Shown: positions 1 to 12,183 of the stretch, in pieces
Position numbering within the stretch: position 1 is the first letter of the stretch
How the letters are laid out: each line of letters opens with the position of its first letter
Assembly (NCBI GenBank): GCA_040080145.1
Contig: JBEBJA010000069.1
Span: forward strand, 1,620-65,619
DNA from: Hyphomicrobiaceae bacterium
GTDB lineage: Bacteria > Pseudomonadota > Alphaproteobacteria > Rhizobiales > Hyphomicrobiaceae
DNA length: 64,000 bases
Direction: 5' to 3'
The notes under the pieces: model-generated
Seen by the model: only the letters and a program-made list of their open reading frames with translations
The model's database searches: none
What the model was told of the DNA's origin: nothing
Made by a program: the position numbers and the translations under genes

Positions 1-98
1 CGGATGGCTGGAAATTTTAAATTCAACACATTGAAAAGGTTCGCATTAATTCAAAGCAAGCGTATCATGTATGATCATGGCTGTCACCCCCATAATAT

Positions 99-145
99 GT
101 CTGGGGGACTAGGGGTCGCAGGTTCAAATCCTGTCGCTCCGACCA
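99..145 (+). pseudogene. 3' half of a tRNA-Pro(GGG)-like gene (anticodon loop to CCA) with no matching 5' half; att-site-like remnant
   Basis: From 101 to 145 the sequence reads CTGGGGG (anticodon loop, GGG), ACTAG, GGGTC (variable loop), GCAGG-TTCAAAT-CCTGT (T arm), then CGCTCCG + A + CCA. The C1:G72-type acceptor end and GGGTC variable loop match my memory of bacterial tRNA-Pro. The ~70 nt upstream cannot form acceptor or D arms. Confidence 0.55.
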
Positions 146-472
146 ATTCCAAAACCCCAATGAATACAGGCGAGTATGAGCGAAAATGGCTCTCGCCAGA
201 TACCTAACATTGTTGGTGCTGACTGGCCCGAATGCGGTGCCAGGCGTGCTCATGGAGCGTGCGCGCCGACGAAAGCAGCAGTGATGCTCCGCGATATCCA
301 CATCCTGCAAAGTGCAAGGCGGCTCCCGCGCCCCGTCCAAGTTCCACCCGCGCCGGTTTAATACCAATCCGCATCAGTACGCAGGAGGTCTGATTGTCAT
401 GTCGACTTTGCAGTCAGGCGCCCGCGTCGATCAACTTTGCCGGGGTAGTCGGTTGCCGGCCACAGCGGTACC

Positions 473-895
473 TTACGCCGCCGCCTGCCACGCCCGGAAC
501 GTGCGCGTTACGATCAAGCCCGCGACAAAGCCAGCAATAAACCAAAGCGGCGCAGCGTACCCGGTGGCCAGCATGGGAATGACGCCGCCCGGGCAAAAAC
601 CCGTGATCCCCCAACCGATCCCGAAGAATGCCGACCCAGCCAGCAAGGGGGTATCAATTTTGTTGCTGGTTGGCAGCGCGAACGAGGGCGCCAGGAACGG
701 CTGACCGCGTGGAAGCACGAACCGGTAACCGATCATCGTCACGAGTAGAGCGCCGCCCATCACGAAGGCAAGGCTTGGATCCCAGTGGCCCGCGACGTCG
801 AAGAAGTTGAGCACTTTGGCTGGATTGCCCATGCCCGAAATCAGAATGCCCAGACCGAAAATAGCGCCGAACAGACCTGCGAGAATAATCTGCAT
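473..895 (-). CDS. YeeE/YedE-family small membrane protein (sulfur-compound transport, half-size)
   Basis: 140 aa and hydrophobic. Contains GIGWGITGFCPGG-type motif typical of YeeE/YedE (Sulf_transp) halves. Sits 3 nt downstream of a paralogous half. Confidence 0.8.
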   Translation of the reverse strand: MQIILAGLFGAIFGLGILISGMGNPAKVLNFFDVAGHWDPSLAFVMGGALLVTMIGYRFVLPRGQPFLAPSFALPTSNKIDTPLLAGSAFFGIGWGITGFCPGGVIPMLATGYAAPLWFIAGFVAGLIVTRTFRAWQAAA

Positions 896-898
896 TTC

Positions 899-1327
899 TC
901 AACCTCCAAACACGTGACGGGTAACGAACACGGTGAGCGCCGTCGAGGCCATGAACGTCAACGTCGCTGCAAGCGAGCGGGGTGAAAAGCGAGCCAAACC
1001 ACACACGCCGTGACCGCTCGTGCAGCCTGATCCGTATGACACGCCAATCCCGACAATCACGCCTCCCAGAACGAGGATCGCGGCGGATGCAGAGGATTGA
1101 AATCCAATAGGTGTGCTGGAGATCGCCCGGTAAACCAAGGGCGCTGCAATCATGCCGCCAAGGAAGGCAACTCGCCATCCCCAATCTTTTGCCATGCCCG
1201 GCGGAAGCAGACCGCCGAGGATGCCAGTTGCGCCGGCAATCCGGCCGTGTACCGCCATTAACAGCACAGAGGCAAGGCCGATCAGCGACCCTCCAAGAAG
1301 TGATTGATATGGAGTGAAGTCCGTCAT
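899..1327 (-). CDS. YeeE/YedE-family small membrane protein (half-size, first of pair)
   Basis: 142 aa. Contains the GSGCTSGHGVCGLARFSPRS motif characteristic of YeeE/YedE-family proteins. Confidence 0.8.
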   Translation of the reverse strand: MTDFTPYQSLLGGSLIGLASVLLMAVHGRIAGATGILGGLLPPGMAKDWGWRVAFLGGMIAAPLVYRAISSTPIGFQSSASAAILVLGGVIVGIGVSYGSGCTSGHGVCGLARFSPRSLAATLTFMASTALTVFVTRHVFGG

Positions 1328-1577
1328 TTCCTAATCTCCAGCCTTGCTTGTCACAGCGAGAATCCCAACACGATAGCTAAACAGATCGCGCCACAGATCA
1401 TCATGTTGAGTAACCGCATGGAAACCTGGCGATGGGCGCTTTAGCCTTGAGCCCGAGCGCATTGCAGAGCAGATCCTCCGGCAGAAGAAAAGCCCTTGTC
1501 ATCCAATCGTTCGGGTCTTTACGCCGCAGGAGGTGGGTCGAACGACTGTAGTCAGCACGAACCGTTATACCAACCCG

Positions 1578-1591
1578 CATCAGTACTGATG
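1578..1591. promoter_or_regulatory. perfect 14-nt palindrome CATCAGTACTGATG upstream of the split yeeE pair
   Basis: Read directly from the sequence. Lies about 250 nt upstream of the 1327 start codon, inside the 3' copy of a 20-nt direct repeat (361-380 / 1567-1586). Confidence 0.35.
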
Positions 1592-1632
1592 GGTCGTCGC
1601 GGCGTGTCAGTCTGAAGCGGTCCTGCGTCCAC

Positions 1633-2583
1633 TTAGCGTTCGTGCCCGTCACGTCGCTTCTGGCGTCGTCCAGGGGGATTGGTTGGTAAAAAACGCAGGC
1701 CGTCCCCCAGGAAGAATCCCCAGAGTGCCAATGAAGGCGGCATCAGATGTTTGTTGGCATGGCGCACCACAAACCACTGGCGCATCAACGGCGTGCCGAC
1801 AACATCAAGGGTTACGAGCCGGTTGGCCTCCAATTCAGCAGAGATCGTGTGCGCCGATATGACGGCAATGCCAAGTCCTGCCATGACAGCCTGCTTGATC
1901 GTCTCGTTCGATGAAATCTCCATCGTCTTGCGCGGGCGCATGTCGCTGCCGGCGAAAAAATGATCCATCGCCACGCGCGTCCCTGATCCGGCCTCGCGAA
2001 CCAGCATCGTCTCATCAACCAGCTCTTCGATCTGGATTTTCCGCTTGTTGCAAAGGCGATGAAGTGGCGCAGCGATGATGACGAGCGGATGATCGCACAG
2101 GACCTCGCTCGCTAGCGGTATCGTCTCCGGCGGCCGCCCCATGACCGCAAAATCAACATCCATCGCAGCAAGCGACGCAATGAGTTCGGCCCGGTTGCTG
2201 ACGAACAAGCGCAGTTCGATATCTGGATGCGCCTGCTTAAAGGCACCAAGGATAGACGGCACAAAATACTTGGCGGTACTGACGACCCCGATCGCAACCC
2301 GGCCGCTTCGCAAACCGCGCAACTCATCGACCGCCTCGACCAGTCCGGCAATGCGGCTCTCGACGTCCCTTGAGCATTCACGAAGCAGTTCGCCTGCGGC
2401 GGTGAGCCGCAAACCACGGCGATCACGTTCGAACAGTACCATTCCAACAGTGGTCTCAAGCTGCTGCAGTTGAAGCGTGATCGCTGGCGGTGTGACGTTC
2501 AATGCTCTGGCAGCGCTGGCAATTTTACCAGTCGCCGCAATCGCCTCGACCATCCGCAAGTGCTTGAGCGTCAAATTTCGCAT
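1633..2583 (-). CDS. cbbR: LysR-family transcriptional regulator CbbR
   Basis: N-terminal HTH reads LKHLRMVEAIAATGKIASAARALNVTPPAITLQLQQLE. Divergent from the cbb operon. Start moved to the internal ATG at 2583 (MRNLTLKHL), which gives the usual LysR N-terminus. Confidence 0.9.
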   Translation of the reverse strand: MRNLTLKHLRMVEAIAATGKIASAARALNVTPPAITLQLQQLETTVGMVLFERDRRGLRLTAAGELLRECSRDVESRIAGLVEAVDELRGLRSGRVAIGVVSTAKYFVPSILGAFKQAHPDIELRLFVSNRAELIASLAAMDVDFAVMGRPPETIPLASEVLCDHPLVIIAAPLHRLCNKRKIQIEELVDETMLVREAGSGTRVAMDHFFAGSDMRPRKTMEISSNETIKQAVMAGLGIAVISAHTISAELEANRLVTLDVVGTPLMRQWFVVRHANKHLMPPSLALWGFFLGDGLRFLPTNPPGRRQKRRDGHER

Positions 2584-2628
2584 GAGGCAATACTTAGTAA
2601 AACTTTGCTCGTGGCACAGAATGTTTAA

Positions 2629-2644
2629 ATTTGAATATTCAAAT
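2629..2644. promoter_or_regulatory. perfect 16-nt palindrome ATTTGAATATTCAAAT in the cbbR-cbbF control region (LysR T-N11-A compatible)
   Basis: Read directly. Sits between the divergent cbbR (start 2583) and cbbF (start 2728). Confidence 0.55.
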
Positions 2645-2727
2645 ATATGAGCCATCGTCAACTGGAAACGACAAGCCGCAGTGAGCTCACAGGGCCCCAA
2701 GCGGAGGTGCGTCACGGGAGGCGAACA

Positions 2728-3768
2728 ATGCCACAGCCGAAGACACTCGACCTCGATCTTCTTGAATGGGCTGCAAACGACCCGCAGAAGACAGCGACGG
2801 CCCAGGCGCTTATCGCGATCTGTCAGGGTGCGATCGAGATCGCTCGGCTCATCTCCATGGGGCGGCTCGCTGGAAACCTGGGAGCCGCGCGCGGTGGAAA
2901 TACACAGGGCGACGTGCAGAAGGAGCTCGATGTCCGCTCCAACGATATTCTGATCGAAGCCTTGCGTGGCACACCAGTGGCAGCGCTCGCATCAGAAGAA
3001 CTCGAAAAGCCCCTGATCTTTGATGATCGACTCCCAGTCGTTGTCGCGCTCGACCCCCTTGATGGCTCGTCCAACATTGATACCAATGTTTCGATTGGTA
3101 CGATCTTTTCTATTCTCCCGGTATTGCAAGGTCAGCCAATTCAAGCCGCCTTCTTGCAGCCAGGATCGGCGCAGTGTGCCGCCGGATATGTGATCTACGG
3201 ACCCCATACCGCAATCGCATTCACGACCGGCAACGGCACCCAAATCTATACCCTGGATCGCGAAAAAGGTTCCTTTATAAAGTCACATCCTCCTGTATCC
3301 ATACCCGCCAGCGCCAACGAGTACGCAATAAACGCGTCTAACTATCGCCACTGGAGCGATAGCATTCGCAGTTACATTGACGACTGTATCGGCGGTAAGG
3401 ACGGACGTCGCGGCCAAGACGCAAATATGCGCTGGATTGGATCGCTCGTTGCTGATTGTCACCGCATTCTCGTTCGCGGCGGCGTCTTCTTATATCCCAG
3501 AGACCAACGCAAAACCTACGAAAATGGCCGGTTGCGGTTGACCTATGAAGCCAATCCAATTGCATTCCTGATCGAGCAATCAGGCGGCAAGGCAACTGAC
3601 GGATTTCGTCGCATTATGGATATCGAGCCTGAAACGATCCATCAGCGAACGCCTTTGATATTCGGCTCAGCCAGCGAAGTGGATCGAATATGCGCCTTCA
3701 AGCTGGATCCTAGTCCTGAATCTGACATCTCTCCGCTCTTCGCCAATCGCGGACTTCTGCGCTCGTAG
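2728..3768 (+). CDS. cbbF: fructose-1,6-/sedoheptulose-1,7-bisphosphatase, class 1
   Basis: Contains the DPLDGSSNIDTNVSIGTIFSI and YPRD...GRLRLTYEANPIAFLIEQSGG motifs. GGGAGG lies 7 nt upstream of the ATG at 2728. Confidence 0.9.
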   Translation: MPQPKTLDLDLLEWAANDPQKTATAQALIAICQGAIEIARLISMGRLAGNLGAARGGNTQGDVQKELDVRSNDILIEALRGTPVAALASEELEKPLIFDDRLPVVVALDPLDGSSNIDTNVSIGTIFSILPVLQGQPIQAAFLQPGSAQCAAGYVIYGPHTAIAFTTGNGTQIYTLDREKGSFIKSHPPVSIPASANEYAINASNYRHWSDSIRSYIDDCIGGKDGRRGQDANMRWIGSLVADCHRILVRGGVFLYPRDQRKTYENGRLRLTYEANPIAFLIEQSGGKATDGFRRIMDIEPETIHQRTPLIFGSASEVDRICAFKLDPSPESDISPLFANRGLLRS

Positions 3769-3789
3769 TCACCCTCAGCGAGATCCATT

Positions 3790-4683
3790 GTGTCGCAAAA
3801 ACACCCCATCATCTCCGTCATTGGATCCTCAGGTGCTGGCACCTCGACGGTCAAACATACGTTCGATCAGATCTTCCGCAGGGAGGGCATTGAAGCTGTC
3901 GCCATCGAAGGAGACGCCTTCCATCGCTTCGACCGCGTCAACATGAAGGAAGAAATGAAACGGCGTCAGGCGGCTGGCGACCAGAACTTCAGCCACTTCT
4001 CCATCGAAGCCAATCTACTGGACGAACTCGAAGCGCAGTTTAAGTCCTACGCTGCAACCGGTGCATGCAAGGCTCGCTACTATGTCCACAGCGAGGATGA
4101 AGCCAAGACCCTAGGTGTACCGCCTGGAAACTTCACATCCTGGCGCGATATCGGCGCAAAATCAGACTTGCTGTTTTATGAAGGTCTTCACGGCGCAGTT
4201 AAAGCCGGAGGCATAAACATTGCAGATAGCGCCGATCTGAAAATTGGCGTTGTTCCAGTCATAAACCTGGAATGGATTCAAAAAATCCATCGGGATCGCG
4301 CTTCCCGCGGCTACTCGACCGAAGCCGTTACCGACACGATACTTCGGCGTATGCACTCATATGTGAATGTGATTTGCCCGCAATTCACTGAAACCGACAT
4401 CAACTTCCAGCGTGTCCCCATCGTTGATACGTCGAATCCATTCATCGCGCGCTGGATTCCAACGGCTGGTGAATCTCTCGTTGTTATTAGATTTAAAAGC
4501 CCGCAGGGTATCGATTTTCCCTATCTGATTTCAATGCTCGACGGCAGCTGGATGAGCCGCGCCAATTCGATTGTCATTCCTGGAGATAAGACGGACCTCG
4601 CGATGCAGCTCATTCTGACGCCTATGATTAAGCGCATAGTCGAGCGCAGCCGCCGGTCCAAATCACACGGAGCAGCCCAATGA
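3790..4683 (+). CDS. cbbP: phosphoribulokinase
   Basis: N-terminal P-loop [15 protein letters not shown]. Full-length similarity to bacterial PRK by eye. GTG start. Confidence 0.93.
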   Translation: MSQKHPIISVIGSSGAGTSTVKHTFDQIFRREGIEAVAIEGDAFHRFDRVNMKEEMKRRQAAGDQNFSHFSIEANLLDELEAQFKSYAATGACKARYYVHSEDEAKTLGVPPGNFTSWRDIGAKSDLLFYEGLHGAVKAGGINIADSADLKIGVVPVINLEWIQKIHRDRASRGYSTEAVTDTILRRMHSYVNVICPQFTETDINFQRVPIVDTSNPFIARWIPTAGESLVVIRFKSPQGIDFPYLISMLDGSWMSRANSIVIPGDKTDLAMQLILTPMIKRIVERSRRSKSHGAAQ

Positions 4684-6716
4684 CGAGCGTAGATCTGTTC
4701 AGGACCAACGCGGTCCATTCCGTAATCCCGCATTCACAAATGGCCAACGCCATTCGCGCCCTTGCCATGGACGCGGTCGAGAAGGCAAAGTCCGGCCACC
4801 CCGGCATGCCGATGGGCATGGCCGATGTCGCGACCGTACTGTTTCGCGATTTTATGAAGTTCGATGCGTCCGACCCTGGCTGGCCCGACCGCGACCGGTT
4901 CATCCTGTCCGCAGGTCATGGCTCGATGCTGCTATACGCCCTCCTCTACCTGACCGGCTATGACGGCGTCACGATCGACGAGATCAAGCGGTTCCGGCAA
5001 CTCGGCGCCAAGACGGCCGGTCATCCCGAATTTGGGCATTGCCCCGGCGTCGAAACGACGACAGGTCCGCTCGGTCAAGGCATCGCGACCGCAGTGGGAA
5101 TGGCCCTTGCCGAGCGCATGACGCAAGCAAAGTTCGGCACCACCGTCACTGACCACTACACCTACGTGATTGCCGGCGACGGTTGCCTCATGGAAGGCCT
5201 CAGCCACGAGGCGATTGACCTTGCCGGCCACCTGAACCTGAGCCGGTTGATCGTCCTGTGGGACGACAATTCCATCTCAATCGACGGCCCAACTTCGCTT
5301 TCAACCTCGACCGACCAGCTCAAGCGGTTCGCCGCAGCCAACTGGGATGTTCGCCGCGTCGACGGTCACGATCCCTTGGCCATCAAGGCCGCCATTGCGG
5401 AAGCCAAAGGTTCGGCGCGCCCCTCGCTCATCGCCTGCAAGACGGTGATCGGCTACGGCGCTCCAACCAAGCAGGGCACTGAAGGCGTTCATGGCGCACC
5501 TCTGGGTGCCGCAGAAATCACGGCTGCGCGCGAACGTCTTGGCTGGCCCCATGCACCCTTTGAGATCCCTTCAGATATTCTCGCGGCATGGCGCAAGATT
5601 GGTCAGCAGGGCCAGACCGCTCACGCAGCATGGCGCAAGTCTCTCGACGCACAACCAGCAGCACTCCAGGACGCCTATTCTGCAGCTTTGTCAGGCAGCC
5701 TGACCAATGCGACCGCGACGGCCCTGTCGCAATTAAGAGCGGAGTGGCTTGCGCAAAAGCCCATGCTGGCGACCCGCCAAGCGTCCAAGGCCGTGATCGA
5801 AGCGATTGCCCCTCACCAGCCCAACTTGATCGGCGGATCGGCCGACCTCACTCATTCAAACCTCACGCATGCCAAGGTCCAAAAGCCGGTTACGGCTGAC
5901 AGCTTTGCGGGCACCTATATTCACTACGGCATCCGCGAGCACGGCATGGCGGCGGCCATGAACGGCTTGGCGCTTCATGGCGGATTTATCCCTTATGGCG
6001 GCACGTTCCTCGTATTCGCCGACTACTGCCGCCCGTCGATCCGCATGTCGGCGCTTATGAACCAGCGGGTCATCTATGTGATGACTCACGACTCCATCGG
6101 CCTTGGCGAAGACGGGCCAACGCATCAGCCCGTCGAGCATCTTGCAAGTCTCAGGGCTATGCCAAACGTCCTCGTGTTCCGCCCAGCGGATGCAGTAGAG
6201 ACGGCCGCAGCGTGGGAGATGGCACTCACACAAAGCTCGCGGCCGTCTGTGCTGTGTCTGACGAGGCAGGCTTTGCCTGTGGTCGTGCCGCAGGCCATGA
6301 CGGAAAACCCCGTCGCTAAAGGTGCCTATGTTATCAAGCCTGCAACGGGCGAGCGGCAAGTCACCCTGATCGCGACGGGGTCTGAGGTCTCCTTGGCGGT
6401 AGCCGCTGCCGGGGAGCTTGAAAAGTCGGGTGTAGCGGCAGCAGTCGTATCCATGCCGTGCTGGGAATTGTTCGAGGAACAGCCGCGCGCCTACCGCGAC
6501 GCGGTCCTTGGAACCGCACCACGCATTGCCATTGAAGCAGCTGGCCGCCTGGGTTGGGATCGCTGGCTTGGCAGCGATGGCGAATTCATCGGAATGAACG
6601 GCTTTGGCGCGTCCGCTCCGATCGACGATCTCTACCAGCACTTCGGCATTACGGTCGCCGCCGTCACCGGCGCGGCAATGAACGCAATCAAAAAAGGCAC
6701 CGCCAATGCCTCATGA
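4680..6716 (+). CDS. cbbT: transketolase
   Basis: Contains the [27 protein letters not shown] and [16 protein letters not shown] motifs. ATGA overlap with the cbbP stop. Confidence 0.95.
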   Translation: MTSVDLFRTNAVHSVIPHSQMANAIRALAMDAVEKAKSGHPGMPMGMADVATVLFRDFMKFDASDPGWPDRDRFILSAGHGSMLLYALLYLTGYDGVTIDEIKRFRQLGAKTAGHPEFGHCPGVETTTGPLGQGIATAVGMALAERMTQAKFGTTVTDHYTYVIAGDGCLMEGLSHEAIDLAGHLNLSRLIVLWDDNSISIDGPTSLSTSTDQLKRFAAANWDVRRVDGHDPLAIKAAIAEAKGSARPSLIACKTVIGYGAPTKQGTEGVHGAPLGAAEITAARERLGWPHAPFEIPSDILAAWRKIGQQGQTAHAAWRKSLDAQPAALQDAYSAALSGSLTNATATALSQLRAEWLAQKPMLATRQASKAVIEAIAPHQPNLIGGSADLTHSNLTHAKVQKPVTADSFAGTYIHYGIREHGMAAAMNGLALHGGFIPYGGTFLVFADYCRPSIRMSALMNQRVIYVMTHDSIGLGEDGPTHQPVEHLASLRAMPNVLVFRPADAVETAAAWEMALTQSSRPSVLCLTRQALPVVVPQAMTENPVAKGAYVIKPATGERQVTLIATGSEVSLAVAAAGELEKSGVAAAVVSMPCWELFEEQPRAYRDAVLGTAPRIAIEAAGRLGWDRWLGSDGEFIGMNGFGASAPIDDLYQHFGITVAAVTGAAMNAIKKGTANAS

Positions 6717-7959
6717 TTCAATGCCCGCAATTGCCCAAGCGGCGGTGGCACAAACGATTGGACGGCCAAAGCTGCGGACGCTCGACACGTCTGACCTTAC
6801 CGGCCAGACCGTCATCGTTCGAGCCGACCTCAACGTGCCAATGAAGAACGGCGCCGTCACCGACGATACGCGGCTCGAACGGACGCTGCCGACGCTAAGA
6901 GCGCTGATCGCCCGTAACGCTCGGGTGCTCGTCATGTCCCATCTCGGCCGGCCTTCGGGACCAGCTCCTGAGTTGTCGCTGGCCCCCGTCGCGGCGCGTC
7001 TTGGCGAACTCATGGGTGAAACGCCGGTGCGGTTTATCCCAGATTGCGTAGGCCCCACCGTGCGAGAAGGCATCGCTTGCCTGTTCCAGGGTGAAATAGC
7101 AGTCCTCGAAAACCTCAGGTTCCATGCCGCCGAAGAGCAAAACGACCCTGACTTCGCGCGCGAACTGGCAGCTCCAGCCGATATCTACATCAACGATGCG
7201 TTCTCCTGTTCCCATCGTGCGCATGCCTCCACGCATGCCATAGCGCAGCACCTGCCAGCATACGCAGGCCTGTCTTTACAGGCCGAACTTGAAGCCCTGG
7301 AGTCGGCGCTCGGCAAACCAAAGCGGCCCGTCGCGGCATTGGTCGGCGGGGCCAAGGTGTCGAGCAAGATTGACGTGCTCTCAAACTTGGTCGGCAAAGT
7401 CGATTGCATCATCATCGGCGGCGGCATGGCCAACACCTTTCTCGCAGCGCTTGGCAAACAGGTTGGCCGCTCACTCGTCGAACCCGATCAAATAGAAACG
7501 GCAAAGCGCATTCTGGAAAAAGCCGATGCTGCCCGCTGCAGAATCGTACTCCCAACCGACGTCGTCGTCGCGAGCGCTTTGGCAGCCAACGTCTGGAGCC
7601 TCGCAATTTCCGCCGACCACGTTCCAGCCGACCGCATGATCCTTGATGCCGGCCCGATCACGTCGCATGCGGTGTCGGCCCTCCTGTCAGACTATTCAAC
7701 ACTGCTGTGGAATGGCCCGCTCGGGGTCTTCGAAGTGCCCCCATTTGGCAATGCCACTTTCACGGTCGCCCGCGCAGCCGCCGCCCTGACCACCTCCGGT
7801 AAACTCGTCACCGTCGCTGGCGGCGGCGACACCGTCGCGGCACTCAATGCCGCCGGTGTGACCGATAAGTTCACCTACGTCTCAACCGCTGGCGGCGCAT
7901 TTCTCGAATGGCTCGAAGGCAGGCCACTTCCAGCAATCCAAGTTCTCATGACCCACTGA
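6706..7959 (+). CDS. pgk: phosphoglycerate kinase
   Basis: Contains [14 protein letters not shown] and GGGDT motifs. The start could instead be the second Met at 6721. Confidence 0.9.
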   Translation: MPHDSMPAIAQAAVAQTIGRPKLRTLDTSDLTGQTVIVRADLNVPMKNGAVTDDTRLERTLPTLRALIARNARVLVMSHLGRPSGPAPELSLAPVAARLGELMGETPVRFIPDCVGPTVREGIACLFQGEIAVLENLRFHAAEEQNDPDFARELAAPADIYINDAFSCSHRAHASTHAIAQHLPAYAGLSLQAELEALESALGKPKRPVAALVGGAKVSSKIDVLSNLVGKVDCIIIGGGMANTFLAALGKQVGRSLVEPDQIETAKRILEKADAARCRIVLPTDVVVASALAANVWSLAISADHVPADRMILDAGPITSHAVSALLSDYSTLLWNGPLGVFEVPPFGNATFTVARAAAALTTSGKLVTVAGGGDTVAALNAAGVTDKFTYVSTAGGAFLEWLEGRPLPAIQVLMTH

Positions 7960-7998
7960 CCAATTCAGAACCGAATAAACACCATCAGGAGAGCCGCG

Positions 7999-9078
7999 AT
8001 GGCCCGCATCACCCTAAGACAGCTTCTCGATCACGCCGCCGAATATCGCTACGGAGTTCCAGCCTTTAATATCAACAACATGGAGCAGGGCCTCGCCATC
8101 ATGGAGGCGGCCAAGGCGACGAATTCGCCAGTGATCCTGCAAGTCTCGCGCGGAGCACGAACCTACGCCAACGACATCATGCTCGCAAAGATCATGGAAG
8201 CCCTGGAGTTGATGTATCCGTCGATCCCGATCTGCATTCATCAGGACCACGGCAACAACGTCGCGACATGCCTGTCTGCCATCCAGCACGGCTTCACGAG
8301 CGTGATGATGGACGGATCGCTGAAGGAAGATGCCAAGACGCCCGGCGACTATGACTACAACGTCGGCATCACCCGTATGGTATCCCGTTTGGCTCACATG
8401 GTGGGTGCGTCCGTCGAAGGTGAACTTGGCTGCTTGGGGTCGTTAGAATCGGGCGAAGGCGAGGCCGAAGACGGTCACGGCTTCGAGGGCAAACTCGACC
8501 GCTCGATGCTGCTGACCGATCCCGACGAAGCAATGCGCTTCGTGACCGAGACCAGGGTTGACGCCCTCGCCGTTGCAATCGGCACCAGCCATGGCGCTTA
8601 CAAATTTACCCAAAAGCCGACAGGTGCCGTCCTCGCCATGGACGTGATCGAAAAAATTCACGCCAAACTGCCCAACACCCACATCGTCATGCACGGCTCC
8701 TCGTCCGTTCCCGAAGAGTGGCAAGCGGTCTTCAACAATCACGGCGGCGAGATGCGCGAAACCTACGGCGTTCCCGTCGAGGAGATCGTGCGGGGCATCA
8801 AACACGGCGTGCGCAAGATCAATATCGACACCGATTTGCGGCTCGCAGGATCCGCTGAATTCCGCCGCATTGCTGCAACGAGCAAATCAGAGTTCGATCC
8901 GCGCAAGTTCTTAAAGCCCGCCATGGACGCCATGGGCAAAGTTTGCCGCGAGCGCTTCGAGGCCTTTGGCACTGCCGGACATGCGTCGCGGATCAGCGTG
9001 GTTCCGATGAGCGAAATGGCGAAGCGATATGCCAGCGGTGCGCTCGATCCAAAAGTCGAAATTGCGAAGGCAGCCTGA
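7999..9078 (+). CDS. cbbA: fructose-bisphosphate aldolase, class II (Calvin-cycle subtype)
   Basis: [30 protein letters not shown] followed by HQDHGN and SHGAYKF motifs. Confidence 0.95.
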   Translation: MARITLRQLLDHAAEYRYGVPAFNINNMEQGLAIMEAAKATNSPVILQVSRGARTYANDIMLAKIMEALELMYPSIPICIHQDHGNNVATCLSAIQHGFTSVMMDGSLKEDAKTPGDYDYNVGITRMVSRLAHMVGASVEGELGCLGSLESGEGEAEDGHGFEGKLDRSMLLTDPDEAMRFVTETRVDALAVAIGTSHGAYKFTQKPTGAVLAMDVIEKIHAKLPNTHIVMHGSSSVPEEWQAVFNNHGGEMRETYGVPVEEIVRGIKHGVRKINIDTDLRLAGSAEFRRIAATSKSEFDPRKFLKPAMDAMGKVCRERFEAFGTAGHASRISVVPMSEMAKRYASGALDPKVEIAKAA

Positions 9079-10572
<1,494 letters not shown>

Positions 10573-10760
10573 TGTGGCTAAGGCGCACGCTGTTGGAAAA
10601 TGGCCTGACTCAAATTCTGGCGCGCCGTCCTATCCAAGCAAAGCCACTGACGGCACCAGCCGTTTCAAACCCTGACACTGCACCCGGGCAACCCGCGCCC
10701 GGGGCAAGCAACAAGCCCGTGACCGGACAACCGGGCATCAACGCAAGGAGAGATATTGCG

Positions 10761-11150
10761 ATGCGAGTGACCCAAGGCTGCTTTTCATTTCTACCCGACC
10801 TGTCCGACGCACAAATCTCGGCACAAGTCGATTACTGCCTCGCCCAGAACTGGTCGATCGGCATCGAATACACCGACGATCCGCATCCGCGAAATACCTA
10901 TTGGGAAATGTGGGGCAACCCCATGTTCGACCTCAAGGATGCCAAGGGCGTCATGATGGAACTCGATGCGTGCCGCAAGGTCAATCCGGGCACCTATATC
11001 CGCCTCAATGCCTTCGACAACACGCGCGGCTGGGAAACGGTGCGGATGTCGTTCCTGGTCAACCGGCCAGCCGTCGAACCTAGCATCGAGATGGTTCGCA
11101 CAGACACCGTGGGCCGTTCGCAGACATACAGCTGGCGAACAGTCCGCTGA
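10761..11150 (+). CDS. cbbS: RuBisCO small subunit (red-type, with C-terminal extension)
   Basis: MRVTQGCFSFLPDLSDAQI...YWEMWGNPMFD. AAGGAGAG lies 7 nt upstream of the ATG at 10761. Confidence 0.95.
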   Translation: MRVTQGCFSFLPDLSDAQISAQVDYCLAQNWSIGIEYTDDPHPRNTYWEMWGNPMFDLKDAKGVMMELDACRKVNPGTYIRLNAFDNTRGWETVRMSFLVNRPAVEPSIEMVRTDTVGRSQTYSWRTVR

Positions 11151-11223
11151 CTTACGGCTGCCGCTTCGACCTGAGTGACACGTTACTGACGGCTGTCCGC
11201 CGCTGGCGGACAGCAACTCAAGC

Positions 11224-12183
11224 ATGGGTGCCCAGATGAAAGATGCCGCGACGACATCAGACGCTGCGACCGGCACGGTCGATTTGGCGGAAGAGTTCCG
11301 GCAATCGGGTGTCAAAGAAATCCTCGATCAACTCGACCGCGAACTCACGGGTCTGAAGCCCGTGAAGCAGCGCATCCGTGAAACGGCGGCGCTGCTGCTG
11401 GTGGAGCGCGCACGCAAACAACTCGGTCTCGCCCATGGCGCACCTACCCTGCACATGAGCTTTACCGGCAATCCCGGCACCGGAAAGACGACCGTCGCGC
11501 TGAAGATGGCCGGCTTACTCCACAGCCTCGGCTATGTCCGCAAGGGCCACCTCGTCTCGGTCACGCGCGACGATCTCGTCGGTCAGTACATCGGTCACAC
11601 CGCACCCAAGACCAAGGAAGTTCTCAAGCGGGCGATGGGCGGCGTACTCTTCATCGACGAAGCCTATTACCTCTACCGCCCCGACAACGAGCGCGACTAC
11701 GGTCAGGAAGCAATCGAGATCCTCCTGCAGGTCATGGAAAACAACCGCGATGACATCGTGGTCATCATGGCCGGATATTCGGATCGGATGGACCGCTTCT
11801 TTGCAAGCAATCCCGGCTTCCGGTCCCGCATTGCCCACCACATCGAGTTTCCCGACTACAGCGATGATGAGTTACTCCACATCGCGACGACAATGCTCGC
11901 AGGCCAGGGCTATCAGCTCACATCTTCGGCACGCACGGCGATGCAGGAGTACATCAGCTATCGTCGGCCGCAACCCCACTTTGCCAACGCGCGCTCGATC
12001 CGCAATGCCATCGACCGGGCGAGGCTGCGCCAAGCCAACCGTCTGTTCGAAAGCGCCTCCGGTCCGCTCGATGCAACCGCCCTGTCAACCATCAATGATG
12101 CCGACATCAGGGCGAGTCGCGTCTTCCGCGGCGGCCTCGATCATGAACGTACGCCACGCTCTGACCAGGACCCAATCCAATGA
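11224..12183 (+). CDS. cbbX: CbbX, AAA+ red-type RuBisCO activase
   Basis: Walker [12 protein letters not shown] and Walker [13 protein letters not shown]. Sits directly after cbbLS. Confidence 0.95.
   Translation: MGAQMKDAATTSDAATGTVDLAEEFRQSGVKEILDQLDRELTGLKPVKQRIRETAALLLVERARKQLGLAHGAPTLHMSFTGNPGTGKTTVALKMAGLLHSLGYVRKGHLVSVTRDDLVGQYIGHTAPKTKEVLKRAMGGVLFIDEAYYLYRPDNERDYGQEAIEILLQVMENNRDDIVVIMAGYSDRMDRFFASNPGFRSRIAHHIEFPDYSDDELLHIATTMLAGQGYQLTSSARTAMQEYISYRRPQPHFANARSIRNAIDRARLRQANRLFESASGPLDATALSTINDADIRASRVFRGGLDHERTPRSDQDPIQ

Noticed and set aside
99-472. Two-piece (permuted) alphaproteobacterial tmRNA, with a T-arm/CCA acceptor piece at 118-145 followed by a coding piece in the 325-nt ORF-free stretch.
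   Set aside because: The acceptor strand is CGCTCCG-A-CCA (a C1:G72 type with no G3:U70), not the GGGG.../...CCACCA alanine-identity stem of tmRNA. I could find no ANDN...AA-type tag frame with a stop, and no complementary 5' strand at a sensible distance. The tRNA-Pro remnant explains the segment better.
1401-1652. 83-aa minus-strand ORF between cbbR and the split yeeE pair.
   Set aside because: It overlaps the cbbR 3' end, has no SD, shows no family resemblance, and is basic and low-complexity. The region is more likely the promoter and leader of the yeeE pair.
2584-2715. Upstream-extended versions of several ORFs in the supplied track: cbbR to 2715, cbbF from 2647, dsrK to 28148, dsrC to 29424, dsrE to 30605, apbC-like to 19854, and the HTH-Fdx fusion from 37395, among others.
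   Set aside because: In each case an internal ATG or GTG with a good SD reproduces the conserved family N-terminus. The extension is low-complexity or overlaps the neighbouring gene or control region.
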